64,000 bases of DNA, taken from assembly GCF_009914755.1 (NCBI RefSeq), contig NC_060947.1, one strand, 5' to 3'. Of this stretch, positions 1-15,984 are shown piece after piece (the stretch's first letter is position 1; every line of letters starts with the position of its first letter). This DNA comes from the human T2T-CHM13v2.0 reference genome, Homo sapiens. The position numbers and the translations under genes are program-made. Below the pieces are notes generated by a model, which saw nothing but the letters and a program-made list of their open reading frames with translations, did no database searches and had not been told where the DNA came from.

Positions 1-149
1 CTAGGGGAAAGGACAGCAGGGGTGGGGGAAGGGTGTGTGGTGAGGGCAGGAGATAGTCAAGGCATAGTTGATGAGGTCAGGGCAGTAAGACAAAGGCACA
101 GAGGATATAGGACAGAGTAACAGAGAACATTTTGAGAGGTGGTCTATTA

Positions 150-292
150 CAATTGTTAAAATCATAGACTCCGAAGCCAAACTGCCAAAGTTGGAATCCT
201 GGCTCTGCTCACTGCTTATTAGCCATGGACCCAAGTAGGTTACTGTACTGCTCCAATCCTGTTTTCTTATTTGATTTGTAAAATAGAGATAG
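150..292 (+). mobile_element. MIR SINE fragment
   Basis: Degenerate MIR core: gttaaaatcatagactccgaagcc...aatcctggctctgc...tttgtaaaatagag. Confidence 0.55.
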
Positions 293-297
293 TTATG

Positions 298-611
298 CAG
301 TCATGCTTCACTTAAATACAGGGATACATTCTGAGAAATGTGTCATTGGGCAATTTTGTCCTTGTGTGAACATCCTATAGTGATTTACACAATCCTCTAT
401 GATGTAGCCTACCACTCACCTAGGCTATGTGGTAGAGTCCATTGCTCCTAGGCTATAAACCTATAGAGCAGGCTATTGTCCTGAATACCATAGGCAACTG
501 TAACACAGCAATAAGTATTTGTGTCTCTAAAAATATAAAAGGTACAGTAAAAATATGATATTATAATCTTATGGGACCACGGTTGTATATGCGGTCTGTC
601 ATTGCCCGACT
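298..611. mobile_element. Tigger3a-like TcMar DNA transposon (non-autonomous)
   Basis: Follows the recalled Tigger3a consensus: cagtcatg...gggatacattctgagaaatg...cctaggcta...ggtacagtaaaaata...ttataatcttatgggaccac. Confidence 0.85.
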
Positions 612-3028
612 CCCGTGAAAGCCATGAGATCCTCTTCCTGGATAAAATGCTCATGCACACATACCTACTGTAGATAATCGCTGGGAGTTCCTGGTGCCCT
701 GAAGTCCTCCCCAGGGAAGGAAAGCTGATATTTACAGAACCCCTTCTGGGCACCAGTCATTGCAGAGAGCCTTTCAGATGCATTTTTTCATTGAACCCTC
801 TCAGCCCCACAGGAAGCAGACCTTTGACAGCCTGCCCTAAGTCTCGCACACAGGCAGTGAGAGAGGTGGTAGGCACTTGCAGCCCGGACCTCCAGTCTAT
901 AAATTCTTGCTTGCCCCAGTCCTTACCTCAGAAGCTGGAAAACTGTAGGTATCTGCCCTGTAGATGAGGGACTGGCTACAACAGGGCAGCAGTGACCCTC
1001 TGGTTATCTCCACAGAACCCTGGGAAGGAATCTGGGAAGTAACCGTGGCTGTTAGCCAGGACACTGGGGACCCTAAGCCTGAACCAGCTGTGGCCCAAGT
1101 GTAGAGTGGCTGGGGGATGGGCTGGCAGCAAGCCTGTTGGAGCAGAGGGGCCCGGATGCTGGGAGGAAGCAGATAGTGGCCAGAATGGGATTTCCTGAGA
1201 TGCTTGCAAGGTCAGGGAGGAGGGCCTGAAGCCAGGGCAGAATGAGGGGCCTTGTTGGGGGAGGGCATTGACTCTGTTTACCAGGGCCCTTGTTAGTTTT
1301 GGGGTTCCTGGATTACCTTTGCTGGATTGAGAAAGGTCGGAAAACTGGAAAGGATGCATGATCACCCAAGATCAAGAGGTGTGAGGTCTGGGTCTGTCCC
1401 TGCTCCTAGCGTGTTGGGTCACTTTAGGTGGTCCCTTCCTCTCATTGAGCTGCAGGTCTCTATCTGTCCTATAATTAGGCCATCTCCAAGGGCTTCTCCC
1501 TAGTTGTGACATCTTCAATTCTAGGATCTTTGTCTCAGCCTCAGTCACTGACCTGGGACAGTCTTAACTTACTTGAGTCTACCAAGGAATTTATCTGTGA
1601 CAGAGCAAAAGTTTACATCATTAACAATTCAACAGACATTTACCAAGGGCATCTGTTTTCCAGGCACTGGGCTGGGTGCTATGGCTCCAGCAAGGAGGCC
1701 AACCCTGCTTCTGTCTATGGAAAGCTCCCAGCTAGGTGGGAACAACTGGCATATAAAACAAGCATCAAGACACTGCACATATACCTTGGGCTCTAATAGT
1801 CATCTCCATTGTGTGCCCAGGAGCACATCCCTAAACATCCCTGATTTGAGTACAGAGCTGGCCCACCCATCCATCGGGAGTGGGTACAGACAAACACCAT
1901 GAGGAGAAAGTGAGGAGGGAGCTACGTGAATGCCATCTCTGCTGGAGACTCTCAGGCAAAGAGGCTGGAGTAAGAAGCAGCACTGAAGTGACATACCTTG
2001 CAAGGCTGTTATTGGACTGGAATGAGAGGATTTCTTTTCCTGATCAGAGCCTGGCCAAGGCAGACACTCCATGAAAGATGGCTATTATTATCTCCATTTC
2101 ACTGACAACAGAGGCCCAGTAAGGTTTGTGGTTGCCTGTCTAAGATTCCAGAGGAGATTAACAGCAGAACTCAGATTTTCACCCAGACTGGACCAGTTTC
2201 CAAGCCCACACACATTTTTCCTCATACGACTTGGCTAGTTCTAAAATTATATATATCTCATTCGAGTGAAAGATTCTTCAGCATCATTAATTTTCAAAAG
2301 TATGTGTGGGTCCTGAGGGCAATTTGCCAAGAGAAGGTTGTCTTTGCCGGCCCTTGCCCCTGAAAGCCCTTGGTCCATGCCCACCTTAAAGCTGGTTCCA
2401 GGCCTCCGGATAACATGGATTTCCCCTTTGTACACATGCGCATGCGTGAGTACACACATACATGTACACATGCATACACACACCACCTTGCTTCCTACGT
2501 TTTTTCCTCGGCAGACAGTGGAATGCTCATTAGTTGCAGTGCTCTACCCATGATAAAGGTAGCTGGTTTCAGACAGGTGTGCCAATTCCCATCTGGCTTC
2601 TTCCTTTCTGTCCTCAGTGGTACCTGAGGTTCACCAGGCTCCCCTCATTCCTTAGGGAGATCATTAACCATCCTAAGCCTAGACACATCACTTGTCAGGC
2701 AGCCACAGATGAGAGTTGGGAGAAGCCTATGCGAGGCATAGTGGGGAGGGTTAGGGGCCCAGTCCCCAACTGTCACCAACTCATGGTCTGACCTTGGGCA
2801 GGGCCATTCTGTATCCTGGGCCTTGAAATGTGTATGTGTACATTAAGGTACTAAGACTGGAGCAGTGACAGCAAAACTCTTTTCTGGCATTCTAGGGTAG
2901 TACCTTGGGGGAGCAAGGGTAAGGCCAAGGATGTGGCTTCACTAAAGAAACAGATTGATCTTTAGACGATGAAAGCCACTGGGCTGGGTAACCTCCAATG
3001 GCCTTTCCATCCCTGACATCCCATGATT

Positions 3029-3056
3029 GTATATGTGTGTGTGTATGTGTGTGTGT
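3029..3056. repeat. Imperfect (TG)n microsatellite
   Basis: gtatatgtgtgtgtgtatgtgtgtgtgt is directly visible. Confidence 0.85.
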
Positions 3057-3149
3057 TTAAGAGCAAAAGATTGATTTATTTTGGGGTGTTTGTACATTGC
3101 ATGTGTGCTTAGGATGCGTGAGTGTATTCATGCTGTGTCTCCTTCCCTG

Positions 3150-3425
3150 AACCTCCTGACTAGGAGTGCCAATCTCCTGCCCCCCACAGTCACCATCACG
3201 TTACCCTATATTTTGTCCTCATGACACTTATTATCAAATTATTATTTATAACATTTATTGTAAAGTCATAATGTACTTGTTGATTTCTTTATTTTCTCTC
3301 TTCTCCAACTAGAATGCCTTTTCTCAGAGAGCAGGGGCTATGTTGGCTTTGCCCATCACTTTGTCCTTAGCAACCAGCAGAGTGGCTGGTTCATAGGAGA
3401 TGTTGATGAGTAAATATTTGTGGGT
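3150..3425 (+). mobile_element. L2 3' fragment
   Basis: ctagaatgcc...gagagcaggggctatg...tccttagcaaccagcagagtggctgg...taaatatttg resembles the L2 3' end. Confidence 0.55.
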
Positions 3426-4339
3426 TCAGAAGATTTATGGGTCAGGTATGCCTCTCTGTGTTTGGGAGGTATGGGTGTACTAGGTGGTCAGGGTGCTACT
3501 CTGAACCTGGCAAACCTAGACTTGGCCTTTGTCTGAATCTTGAACCAATCCCTAGTTCTGATTGCTGCTTGTTCCTTCAGCAGAAGGCTCCATTGGCCGG
3601 AGAGAGCAGCAGACAGGGATAGCAATCAGGAAAGTAGGGGAGGGAGGTAAAGGGGTTAAAGTTTTGCACCCTTACTCTCTTGCCTTTACTTAGCTGGGAG
3701 TCCTCCACTGGACTTTTCTTCTGTGCTCCATATTAGCCATTCTCAAAAACTCTTCTCGATTTGAGGCTTCTTGTAGCTACAGCTTGTGCGGAGTGGGGAT
3801 GAGGTTTGTAAGAAAGAAAAGAGCCTTCTAATATGCTGCTGTGTTGGTTCCTTGGCCTCACACTCAGCACGTTTGGGCACCAACTCCCAGGACATTGTCC
3901 TAGGCAGGTGGCCTTCCTCGTTTCGGGACAGTTTTCATTGGACTGACTGACTGGTCAGCCTGAGGCGAGCACTCCTGAGCTGAAATCCTGTTAACAAATG
4001 CAATGTGGGCTTGTAACTTGAAACCTTTCTCCACTCAAACTAGAGTGTCCCCCACAAATAACTAGCAAACTGCTAGACGTGTCTAGACTGCTAGACATGC
4101 TAGGCCATAGGGAAGGAAGTCAAGACAGTCATCCTTTCCATGCATCCTTCTGGTGGCCCTAGTAAGGACAGGAGAACACTGTGCTTCCAGAGTTTACTGA
4201 AAGATGGGGTCACTGAGTAACATTTGGGCCCTTTGGGTCACAGACTGTGAGACCGAGTTCATCATGTTTGGCCTTCCCCAGAATGTATTCATATAGGCTG
4301 CACAGTGTAGGAGAAGAGGCATTGGTTCACACTCAGGAG

Positions 4340-4535
4340 AGAGACCATGATGGGCATGCAATTTCAAGTCCTGGCCCCAACACTGACCAGCTCTGTGACC
4401 TTGGGCAATTTCCTTCACCTCCCCAGGCCTCCATTTCCTCATTTAATGAGTGAAGAAAACAAGACCTGTCTCTCAGGGCTGTTTTTGAGGATTGATTCCT
4501 ATGTATTAGATGCACTTAACCCAGCACAGTTCTGA
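4340..4535 (+). mobile_element. MIR SINE
   Basis: ttcaagtcctggcc...cactgaccagctctgtgaccttgggcaa...ctcagggctgtttttgaggatt is a MIR core. Confidence 0.75.
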
Positions 4536-5418
4536 GCGAGGCCAGACATGAAGTGTTGGATTAGTCCGATTATGGCAATATGTTCCACACTCAGAGATGG
4601 AACCAAGACAGCTGTGCCATCCATTGTTACTATCAGAGGTTAACGAGTGTCACAAACACAGTGGGCTCTTCCTGTAGTGTACTCCATCAACTCTGGTCAG
4701 AGAACAGAGTTCCACAATTTGGGGAGCTCATCCCTGAACTGGTGGGGTGATACAGCTTCCTTAAAATGGTCGTGAGCTTTGTGTGTATAAATTCATATGT
4801 ATATGTGAACATTAAGCCATTCTAGGATCACCCGTCAATAGTACCATCTGAGGACTTTCAGCTTTTTTATCGTTCACTAGCTACAACATTTCATTCTGTG
4901 GATGCAACAGTGCATCATTACCTGGAGGTAGAAGGAGCAGGTAACAATTTTTTGTTGATAGTATAATTTTCATTGTTAAGAAAGCAGAGTAAGTGACTTT
5001 AGCTTTAATCATTACAAGGGCTTCTCTACATAGGTGACATTCCAGCTAAGCAGCCATTGGGAGATAAATCTGAGGATCTGCTCTGAGGGCAATGGTGCTA
5101 AGGAGGGTGTCAGAGTCCTGGGGTTGAGTCCCAGTATATCATTTGCTGCTCTTGTTACTGAGCATGACTTACATGTAGGTAGCACCCTCCAGGCCAGAAA
5201 GAGCCTTCAATGTGGTCTTCACAACAGTTTGGGGAGGCAGGCAGGTCAAAAAATGATTCTATTCCTCATTGTTTTCCAGATGAGGAGGGAAGAGGAGCTG
5301 CAGGGAGTTTGAGTGACTTATCCAAGGTCCCTGCAGCTGATTGGTAGTGAGGGCAGGGGGTGGTGTTTGAATCACTGCTGTGGAGACCTCAGCAGCATTT
5401 AAATTGTGCTGAGAATCT

Positions 5419-7075
<1,657 letters not shown>

Positions 7076-8165
7076 AAATTGTGCTGAGAATCTCATACTG
7101 AACTTAAAAACAAGGTTGTCTGCCAGCAGCACCCAAGCAGCTGCAGGAATAACTCTTGAAGAAGTCTGCCCAGTACACAGCATCCACCAGAGCATCTTTT
7201 CACTGGTCATTTGAATATTCTCTTTTGTAATGTGTTTGCTAAGCCATTTTGCTACTTTTTCTGTTGGGTTGTTTGCCTTTTTCGTATTGACCTGTAAGAC
7301 CCTTTATATATCCTGGAATATTAGTCTCTTAGTTTCTTTTATGTGTTACAAAATCTTCTGCCAAACTGTGGGATGAACACCATTAATGAATCAATACCAG
7401 TATGAATACCATTAATAGTTGTTTATAGTTCTTTTTTAATTCTGAGATGAAATTTGCATATAATGAAATGCAGAAATCATAAGTATTCAATGTGACAAGT
7501 TTGGAAAAATACATACTCCTGTATAACCAAGCCTTTACTGAGAATTAGAATCTTACCATCGTCCTGGAAAGTCCTCTCGTGTTCCTTCCCAGTCTATCTG
7601 GGCTCCCACTTCCATAGACAACCAATGTTCCATTTGTTTTCTGTTATAGACTAGACTGACCTGTTCTATAATTTTATATAAATGAAGTCATACAGTATAT
7701 GCTATTTTATAAGTGTTTTTTCCATTCAAAGTGTTTTTGAAATTCACCCATGTTGCTACATATATCAGTAGTTTGTTTTTTATTTCAGAGATGTCATCCA
7801 TTGTATGAATTTACCACAGTTAGTTTGTCCATTCTCTTATTGATGGACACCTGGGCTGTTAACAGATTTTGGCTTTTGTGAATAAAGATGCTATGAGTAT
7901 CCTTTCATAAAACTTTTCGTGGACATTTGTTTTCATTTCTCCTTGGAAAATACCTAAAAATGGAATTGCCTGGTCATAGAGTAGGTATATGTTTAAGTTT
8001 ATAAGAAAATGCAAGCTAGTCCAGTTTTGGAAGTGGTTGCACCATATAACATACCCACCAGTAATGTGTAAGGTTCCAATTACTTCATATCCTTGCCAAC
8101 ATTTAGTGTATTTATTCTTTTAAATTTTAGCCATTCAGGTGGGTGTAATGATATGGCTCATTGTG

Positions 8166-8727
<562 letters not shown>

Positions 8728-8982
8728 GGTTTTGATTTGTATTTTTCTAATGACTAATGATAGTGGTGAGCATCTTTTCACATGCTTATTAGCCATTTGT
8801 ATATCTTATTTCATAAAGTGTCCATTAAATATTTTGTCTCTTTTTATTGAGTTGTTTTTATTGTTGAGTTTTAGAAATTTTTTTGTAATATCCTAGATAC
8901 CAGTCCTTTGTCAGATATATATTTTGCAAATACTTTCTCCCAGTCAGTGACTCATCTCTACATTTTCTTAATGATGTCTTTT

Positions 8983-9635
8983 CAAAAATAGACTTTATTG
9001 CTTAGAACAGTTTTAGATTTATAGAAAAATGAAAAGATAGTACAGAGAGTTCCCATATACCTCCCACCCAGTGTCCCCTAAAATTAATATCTTACATTGT
9101 ACAGTACATTTGTGACAATTAATAAACCCAGATCAATACATTATTATTAACTAAAATCCATACTTTATTCATATTTCCTTAGTCTTTACCCAGTATCTTT
9201 TTTTCTATTTCAAGATCCCATTCAGGATACTATATTAATATCATTTAGTTGCCATGTCTCCTTAGGATTCTCTTTGCTGTGACATTTTCTCTGGCTTTTC
9301 TCTTTTTTTTTTTGATGACATTGATAGTTTTAAGGAGTACTGGTCGGCTATTTTGTGGGATGCCCCTCTTGGGATTTATCAGATGTTTTTCTTGTGATTA
9401 GTCTGAATTTATGGGTTTATGGAAGGAATAGCACAGAGATAGAGTGCCATCTTCATTACATCATATCAACATGACTTATCACTGTTGATGTTGACCTTGA
9501 TCACTTGGCTAAAGTAGTTTGTCAGGTTTCCCCACAATAACCTTATTCTTTTTCCCCTCTTCCATACTCTACTCATAGAAAGGAAGTTACTATGAGCAGC
9601 CCACGCTTAAGGAATAGGAAATTATGCTCTCCCTG
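8983..9635 (-). mobile_element. L1MC4-like 3' end
   Basis: agactttatt..ttagaacagttttagattt...tattattaactaaaatccatac. A related piece occurs at about 13870-14060. Confidence 0.7.
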
Positions 9636-9637
9636 AA

Positions 9638-9638
9638 G

Positions 9639-9671
<33 letters not shown>

Positions 9672-9962
9672 TTGTTTTTTGAGACAGGGTCTCACTCTGT
9701 CTTCCAGGCGGGAATGCAGTGGCAGGATCATAGCTCACTGTAACCTCGAACTCCTGGGCTCAAGCGATCTTCCCATTTTAGCCTCTCAAGTAGCTAGGAC
9801 TATGGGTATGCACCACCACACCCAGCTAATTTTTTTAATTTTTAGTAGAGACAGGATCTCACTGTGTTGCCTAGACTGGTCTCAGACTCCTGGCCTCAAG
9901 CAATTCTCCCACCTCAGCCTCCAAAAGCGCTGGGATTATAAGCGTGAGCTACCACACCTGGC
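9638..9962 (-). mobile_element. Alu (AluJ-like) with a (GTT)n tail microsatellite
   Basis: gagacagggtctcactctgtc...gatcatagctcactg...ctcctgggctcaagcgatc are AluJ diagnostics. The tail has become (gtt)n at 9638-9670. Confidence 0.93.
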
Positions 9963-12900
9963 ATGACAAGGTCTTATTTATAAGTTTTTATTTTCTTTTA
10001 TGGTTATTGTGTCCTTTCCGTTCCCAAGAAAGCTTTGCTTACCCAAGTCATGAAAATATTTTCAGCCTATACCTATGTCAAACACAAAAAATAAAGATGT
10101 TTCACAAAAATAAACATAAAAGTTAAAACCATGAAGCTTTTAGAAGAAAACATAAGAATTAGGATTATGCTGGACTCATCAAACAAATTGGAAGAGTCAC
10201 CTCGTCTATTTTCTGAAACTGTTTGGGTAAAATTGGTGTTATTTCTTCCTTAAATGTCTGATGACAAACACCAGTGAATTCTTTAGCTCTGGAGCTTTTT
10301 TCCTGGGAAGGAATGTTTTTGATGATATATTCTATTTATTTAATTAGATATGAAATGCAGATTTTTCTGTTTCATCTTGTCTCCAATTCAGTAAGTTATT
10401 GTTAAGAAATGTGTTTACTTTATCCAAGTTGTCAAATTTGTTGGAATAAAGCTGTTTATAATATTTTATTATATTTTTAATGTTGTAGGATCTTTAATGA
10501 TCTCAGGCTTTTCTTGTTTTTGATGATCATCTTTTATTCCTGTTAGTGCTAATTTGCATTCTCTTTTTTCTTGATTAGTCGAGGTAGAGGAGCATCAATT
10601 TTTGCTGGTTTTGTTAATTTTCTCAGTTTTTTTCTGTTTCATTGACCTTTGCTCTTTTTATTATTTCTTAACTTCTACTTACTTTGGATTTACTTTCCCA
10701 TGATTTTCTAGTTTCTTAGAGTGGAATCCTAGGTCATTAATTTTAGGCCATTCTTCTTTTCTAATATAAACATTTAAAGTTACAACTTTTTTCTCTAAGT
10801 GCTGCATCACTTGCTTCCCACAAATTTTAATATGTCGTGTTCTTATTGTCATTTAGTTCAAAATATTTTCTAATTCTCTTTATGCTTTCTTCTTTGGCCC
10901 ATATGTTATTTAAAAGTATATTGTTTAATTTTCAAAGGTTCCATTTTTCTGGCTATCTTGTTATTGACTTCTTGTTAATTCCATTGTGGTCTGAGAACAC
11001 ATTCTATATTTTATTTCTGTCAAATTTACTTACACATGGTTTATGGCGTAGCATAAACCTATCTTGGTGAAGGTACTATGTATATTTGGAAAAAAAATGT
11101 GTATTCTTCTCTCGATGGATATAGTGTTCTATAAATATTAGTTAAGTCAAGTTGGTCAGTAATGTTATTTAGATCATCTAAGTCTTTACTAATTTTTGTC
11201 TAGCTCCTTTATCTGTAGCTGAGAACAAGTTGTTAAAATCTCCAGCTATGTTTTCTCTCCTTAATTCTCCCAATTTTACTTTATTTTGAAGTTCTGTTAT
11301 TATACCACATACACATTTATGAATACTGTCTCTTCCTGATGAAGTAATTCTTTATTCATTATGAAATGCTTCTCTTTACCTTTAATAACACTCTTACTTG
11401 AAGTCTGCTTTACCTGATTTAATATCAAATAGCCACGGAAGCCTTCTTGTACTTACTGTTTACATACTATAAGCCCTTCTCCATCCATTTGTTTTTAGCC
11501 AATCTCTATTTTTATATTAAAATACATATCTCCTAGAAAGCACATGATAGTGTCTTGCTCTTTTTCTCCATTCTGACATTCTGCCTTTTAATTCAAATTT
11601 AGTCCATGTTTATTAACATTTAACATAATTATTGATATTTCAGATTTAAATCTTTATTCACTAGTTGTTTTCTGCTTTCCCCCTCTGTTTTTCCCATATT
11701 CCTCTTTTTCTGCCTTCTCTTGGATTATTTGAATGTATTGTAGATTTTTATTATATTTATTTGATTTTAGCTGTGCCTCTTTGCATCATTTTTAGTGTTG
11801 TTCTAGGGATTACAATGTATATTAATAACTTGCCACAATTTACTTAGAGATAATATTGTACCACTTCATGTCAATTGTGGAAACCTTGCAACTATATTCC
11901 TCCCAATTTTATGCTATATTGTTTATGTATTACAACTTACTGACATTTTACATTCCACCATATGATGCTACAGTTTTCACTTTGAACATTAATATGTATT
12001 TTACATAGATTAAGAAGAACAGTAGTGTTTTATATCTACCCATTTCCAATGCTCTTCATTTCTTCCTGTAGATCCAAACTTCCACCTGGTATCACTTCCC
12101 TTCAGCCTGAAGAACTTTGTTCAAAATTTCTTGTAATGCATATCTGATGGATATTAATTCTCTGGGTTATCTTTTATGTAAAATGCCTTCATTTAACCTT
12201 TATTCTTGGTTTTTGCTAGATATATAATTCTGGACAGTTTTCTTTCAGCACTTTAAAGATGTTGGTCCGTGGTCTTTGGACCCTCATTGTATGTCGTATG
12301 TCATAAGCAGTTACTTGAATTGTGGTTCCTCTGAATCTTACTTTCCTCTAGCTTCTTTAAGACATTATCTTTGTTTTTTAGTAGTTTGTCTGTGATGTGC
12401 CTAGCTGTGATTTGCTTTGTATTCATTTTACTTGGGACTCGCTGAACGTCTTTAAATCTGTGATTTTATGTCTTTCATCAAATTGGGGGAGTTTACTGCT
12501 GTCATTTTTTTCAAATACAATTTTTCTGGTTTATTTTCTCTCTTTTCCTTCTATGACACTAACTACATTTGTTTTAGATATTTTTATAATATTCTATAGG
12601 TTCCTGAGCCTCTGTTATTTTTTCTTCTTTGTTCTTCAGAATGGATAATTTCTATTGATCTTCATGTTTTCTGACTCTTCTGTCATTTCTAGTTTGTTGT
12701 TAAGCCTATCCAGTGAATTTTTAATTCAGATATTATATGTTTCAGCTCTAGAATTTCCACTTAGTTCTTTATTATAATTTTTACATTTCTTTTCTGATAT
12801 TTTCTGACTTTTCATTCATTATAAGCATATTTTCCTTTATGCCCTTCAGCATATCTATAATAGCTGCTTTTAAAATCCTTGTCTGCTAATTCCAACATTT

Positions 12901-14569
12901 GAATCATCTTAGGGCTACTTTTAGTTGATTGCCTTTTCTCTTGAGTTTTCCTCATGCTTTTCTGGTTCTTCATATGTGTTGGGACCCTGGTTTTGCTCTT
13001 TTCCTTGGAAGAGTGTTGATTTTTGTTTTGTTATATTGATTTTACTTATGTTTTGTTTTGTTTTGTTTGTGTTAGCTGGCAACTAGACTGGCTGGACTCA
13101 AACTGCAAGTTATTTCTCCTCTACAATGGATAACAGCTCAAATAACATTTCAGTTTTTTTAGTCTTAGCTGTTCTCCTTAGAGTCTGTCACACACATGCA
13201 TGGTTTGGGGTCAGCAGAGAGTTGGATGTAGTTTATACATAGGATTTGATGCTCTTTCTTTCTGGCTTTCTCATTTTGGAGGATTTCCTCCTTACTTCGC
13301 AGTAGTTGTGTTTGCTATGAACTCTGTACTCTAGTTCTTCAATACAGAAAGACTACAGCTTTTCCACTACAGTTTAAGTTGCTCTGCATGGTACAGTCTG
13401 GGTCCTGTCCTCAAGCTAAACACCAGAAAAGTAATGGGAAACTGACCCAGTGCCATTTTCTTCTTCCAAGTGTTGACCCCCCTCCACTATCTGCCTGCTT
13501 TTGATCCCTCCACACTGCCTTCAAGTAGTGTATTTATATTTTGTTTTGTTTTTCTCCAGAGTTCATAGTTTTAATCTGTAGTGAGATAGGGTCAATAGGA
13601 GCTTACTTGTCTATTGCTGGAAGTAGAATCTGTAGCTTGTTTTTTTCCCCTTCTTAGTCATATTATTTTATTAATAAAAATTCTTAATTTAAATGTGGTC
13701 AAGTCTATTTTTCATTTGTGATTCTTTTCTTAAAATCTTATGCAGGGAAGTGTTTCCTACCCCCAAATTATTCATACATTCTCTTATATAATCTTTCTTA
13801 CAATTTGCCTTATACATTTAGTTTTCTTTAGTCCTGTTGGAATTGATTTTTTACTTGTTTTAAAATAATTTTTTTAAAAGTATTTTAGAATAGGTTTAGA
13901 TTTAGGGAAAAGTTGTAAAGATAGTACAAGGAGTTATAATAAACGCTGAATCCAGTTTTACCTATTATTATCATCTTACATAAGTATGGTATATTTCTCA
14001 CAATCAATAAACTAATATATTAATACATTGTTATTAACTAAAATCCATACTTAAATATTTCCTTTGTCATACATCAAGTCTCAATGTATGTATACATCTG
14101 TTTCTGGACTTTACATTCTGTTTCCTTGTTCTATTTGTCTGTCCCTGAGACAATACCACACTGTCTTAATTACTATAGCTTTATAATAAATCTTGATATC
14201 TAGTAGAGCAAGTTTCCCCCCTTTTTCTTCCTTCAAGAATACTTTAGCTATACTTGACTTTTCACATATATATTTTAGAAGCAGCTTGTTAAGTTGCACA
14301 CATACACACACAACTCTCAGGATATGTCATTGAATTAATAAATCAGTGTGGAAACTACTGACATCTTTATAATAGTGACTCTTCCTATTCGTGAACATTG
14401 TAAATCTTTCCATTTGAATAGATCTCTTCGGTAGATTTATTCCTAAGTATTTAATTTTTATGTCAATGTACATACTATCTTTCCCCAGTAATGTTTTAAT
14501 TAATAATTGGCTGGATCAATGAATGAAAACTGTATGCTAGGCCCTGTGAAGAATATTGAAGGCAAAGGA

Positions 14570-14825
14570 GAGGAAGGAATTATTTTTGAGTGCCAAAAAC
14601 CTGCCAGGTATTATTACTGATGCTTTGCTTTTTTCTCAGCTAATAATTGCAGCAACTGTGCCAGCATCCTATTATATTCTGCCATGTACAGATGAGAAAA
14701 CTGAGTCTCTGAGACAGTTAAGGAACTTGTCTAAGGTAATGAAGCCAGGAAGTGGTAGAGCTGGTGTTGATATCTAGGTTTGCCTGATTGTAGTGTGCAT
14801 GGTCTGTCCACTCGAACATCCTGTC
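14570..14825 (-). mobile_element. MIR SINE
   Basis: tacagatgagaaaactgagtctctgagacagttaaggaacttgtctaaggt is an antisense MIR core. Confidence 0.8.
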
Positions 14826-15984
14826 TCCAGATAATTCAATCATACCCCTTACTATGGACCTTAACTATTTTTGTGTGGGAAAAGGGCAGGATATAAAATG
14901 TGTATCCAGGCAATAAGGTTGAGGACTGCAGCTGCAGTAATACAGACATTCTGAGGAAACAGTCACTTTGAGCTGAAGGGCTCTGCAAGACAGGCTTCCT
15001 GTAAGAGGAAACATTGTCACTAAATTTTTCAGACTGGAGAGAATTTGGACATGCAGTAGTGGAAGGTCACAGATGCCTGGGATATTAAAAAGACCATCTC
15101 CAGGGCAATGAATGCTGAGAATATCTGACTTGAACCCCAGCATTCAGAAGCCACAGGAGGAAGTGAAGTGAAAAACTTACACCTTTGTATATGAACTAAT
15201 GAGGCAGGGCTGTGGACTCCCTTCTCATAGCTTTCCTGAGAGTCCATGGTATCTCAGGCTTTAGACCTACCTCTTTTCCTCTTGGATACAGAAGCAATGA
15301 AATGGAATGGGCGGTTGGCTCCCGCAAATGACAGTGACTTTGCTTATGGTGACTTTTTTGGACACTGCAGGCAGCATCCAGCAAGAGAAAGCAGGGAGGA
15401 GCTGACAGAGCCCTCATCACTGCTTCCCTGACAGGAGGTAGGGGAAGCAAAAAAGAGCCTCTGAGGGGAAGCTCACCTCTGCTCGGACCCACCACAGTTA
15501 CAGCACCTGTCCAGCTTTCTGTAGCACTTGAAGGTAATCAGATCCTACAGTTTGGTGTTCAAGGCCACAACACCTGGTCCCAGTCCATCTTGCCAGTCTT
15601 CTATGTTTCCTCTTTCTCCATCACTCATGTAGTCTATGCATGGGCCACACTCAATCATTCTGCATTTCCTGTAGTTCCCTACTTGTGGGACATTGCTCAT
15701 ACTATTTCTTTGGCCAGAGACCCTTCCCCATCTTCACCCTCATTCATGTGTTCAGCAAATCTGTATTGAGTACTACACGCCAGGTACTCTGCGGGTTCCA
15801 TGGGGACTTCTGAGAATTTAGGACTCCTTTCTCTTCAGGAGCAAGTGCGCTGCCTACTGAGGGGATAAGACATGTACACATAACTAGACTCCAAGGTGAA
15901 AGGGACAAACACACACATCCATCTGAGGAAAACTGCATCTTCCTACAAGCTTTCTCAGCACCTCTTCAGAATCCAGTGTGCTAA

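Noticed and set aside
19-46. G-quadruplex motif (also near 20584, 45600 and 57793)
   Set aside because: G-runs are real but common, and there is no promoter context to suggest function.
4061-4106. Short ctgctagac repeats with a near-palindrome; similar small duplications at about 7373-7418 and 32740-32775
   Set aside because: Too short and irregular; ordinary slippage products.
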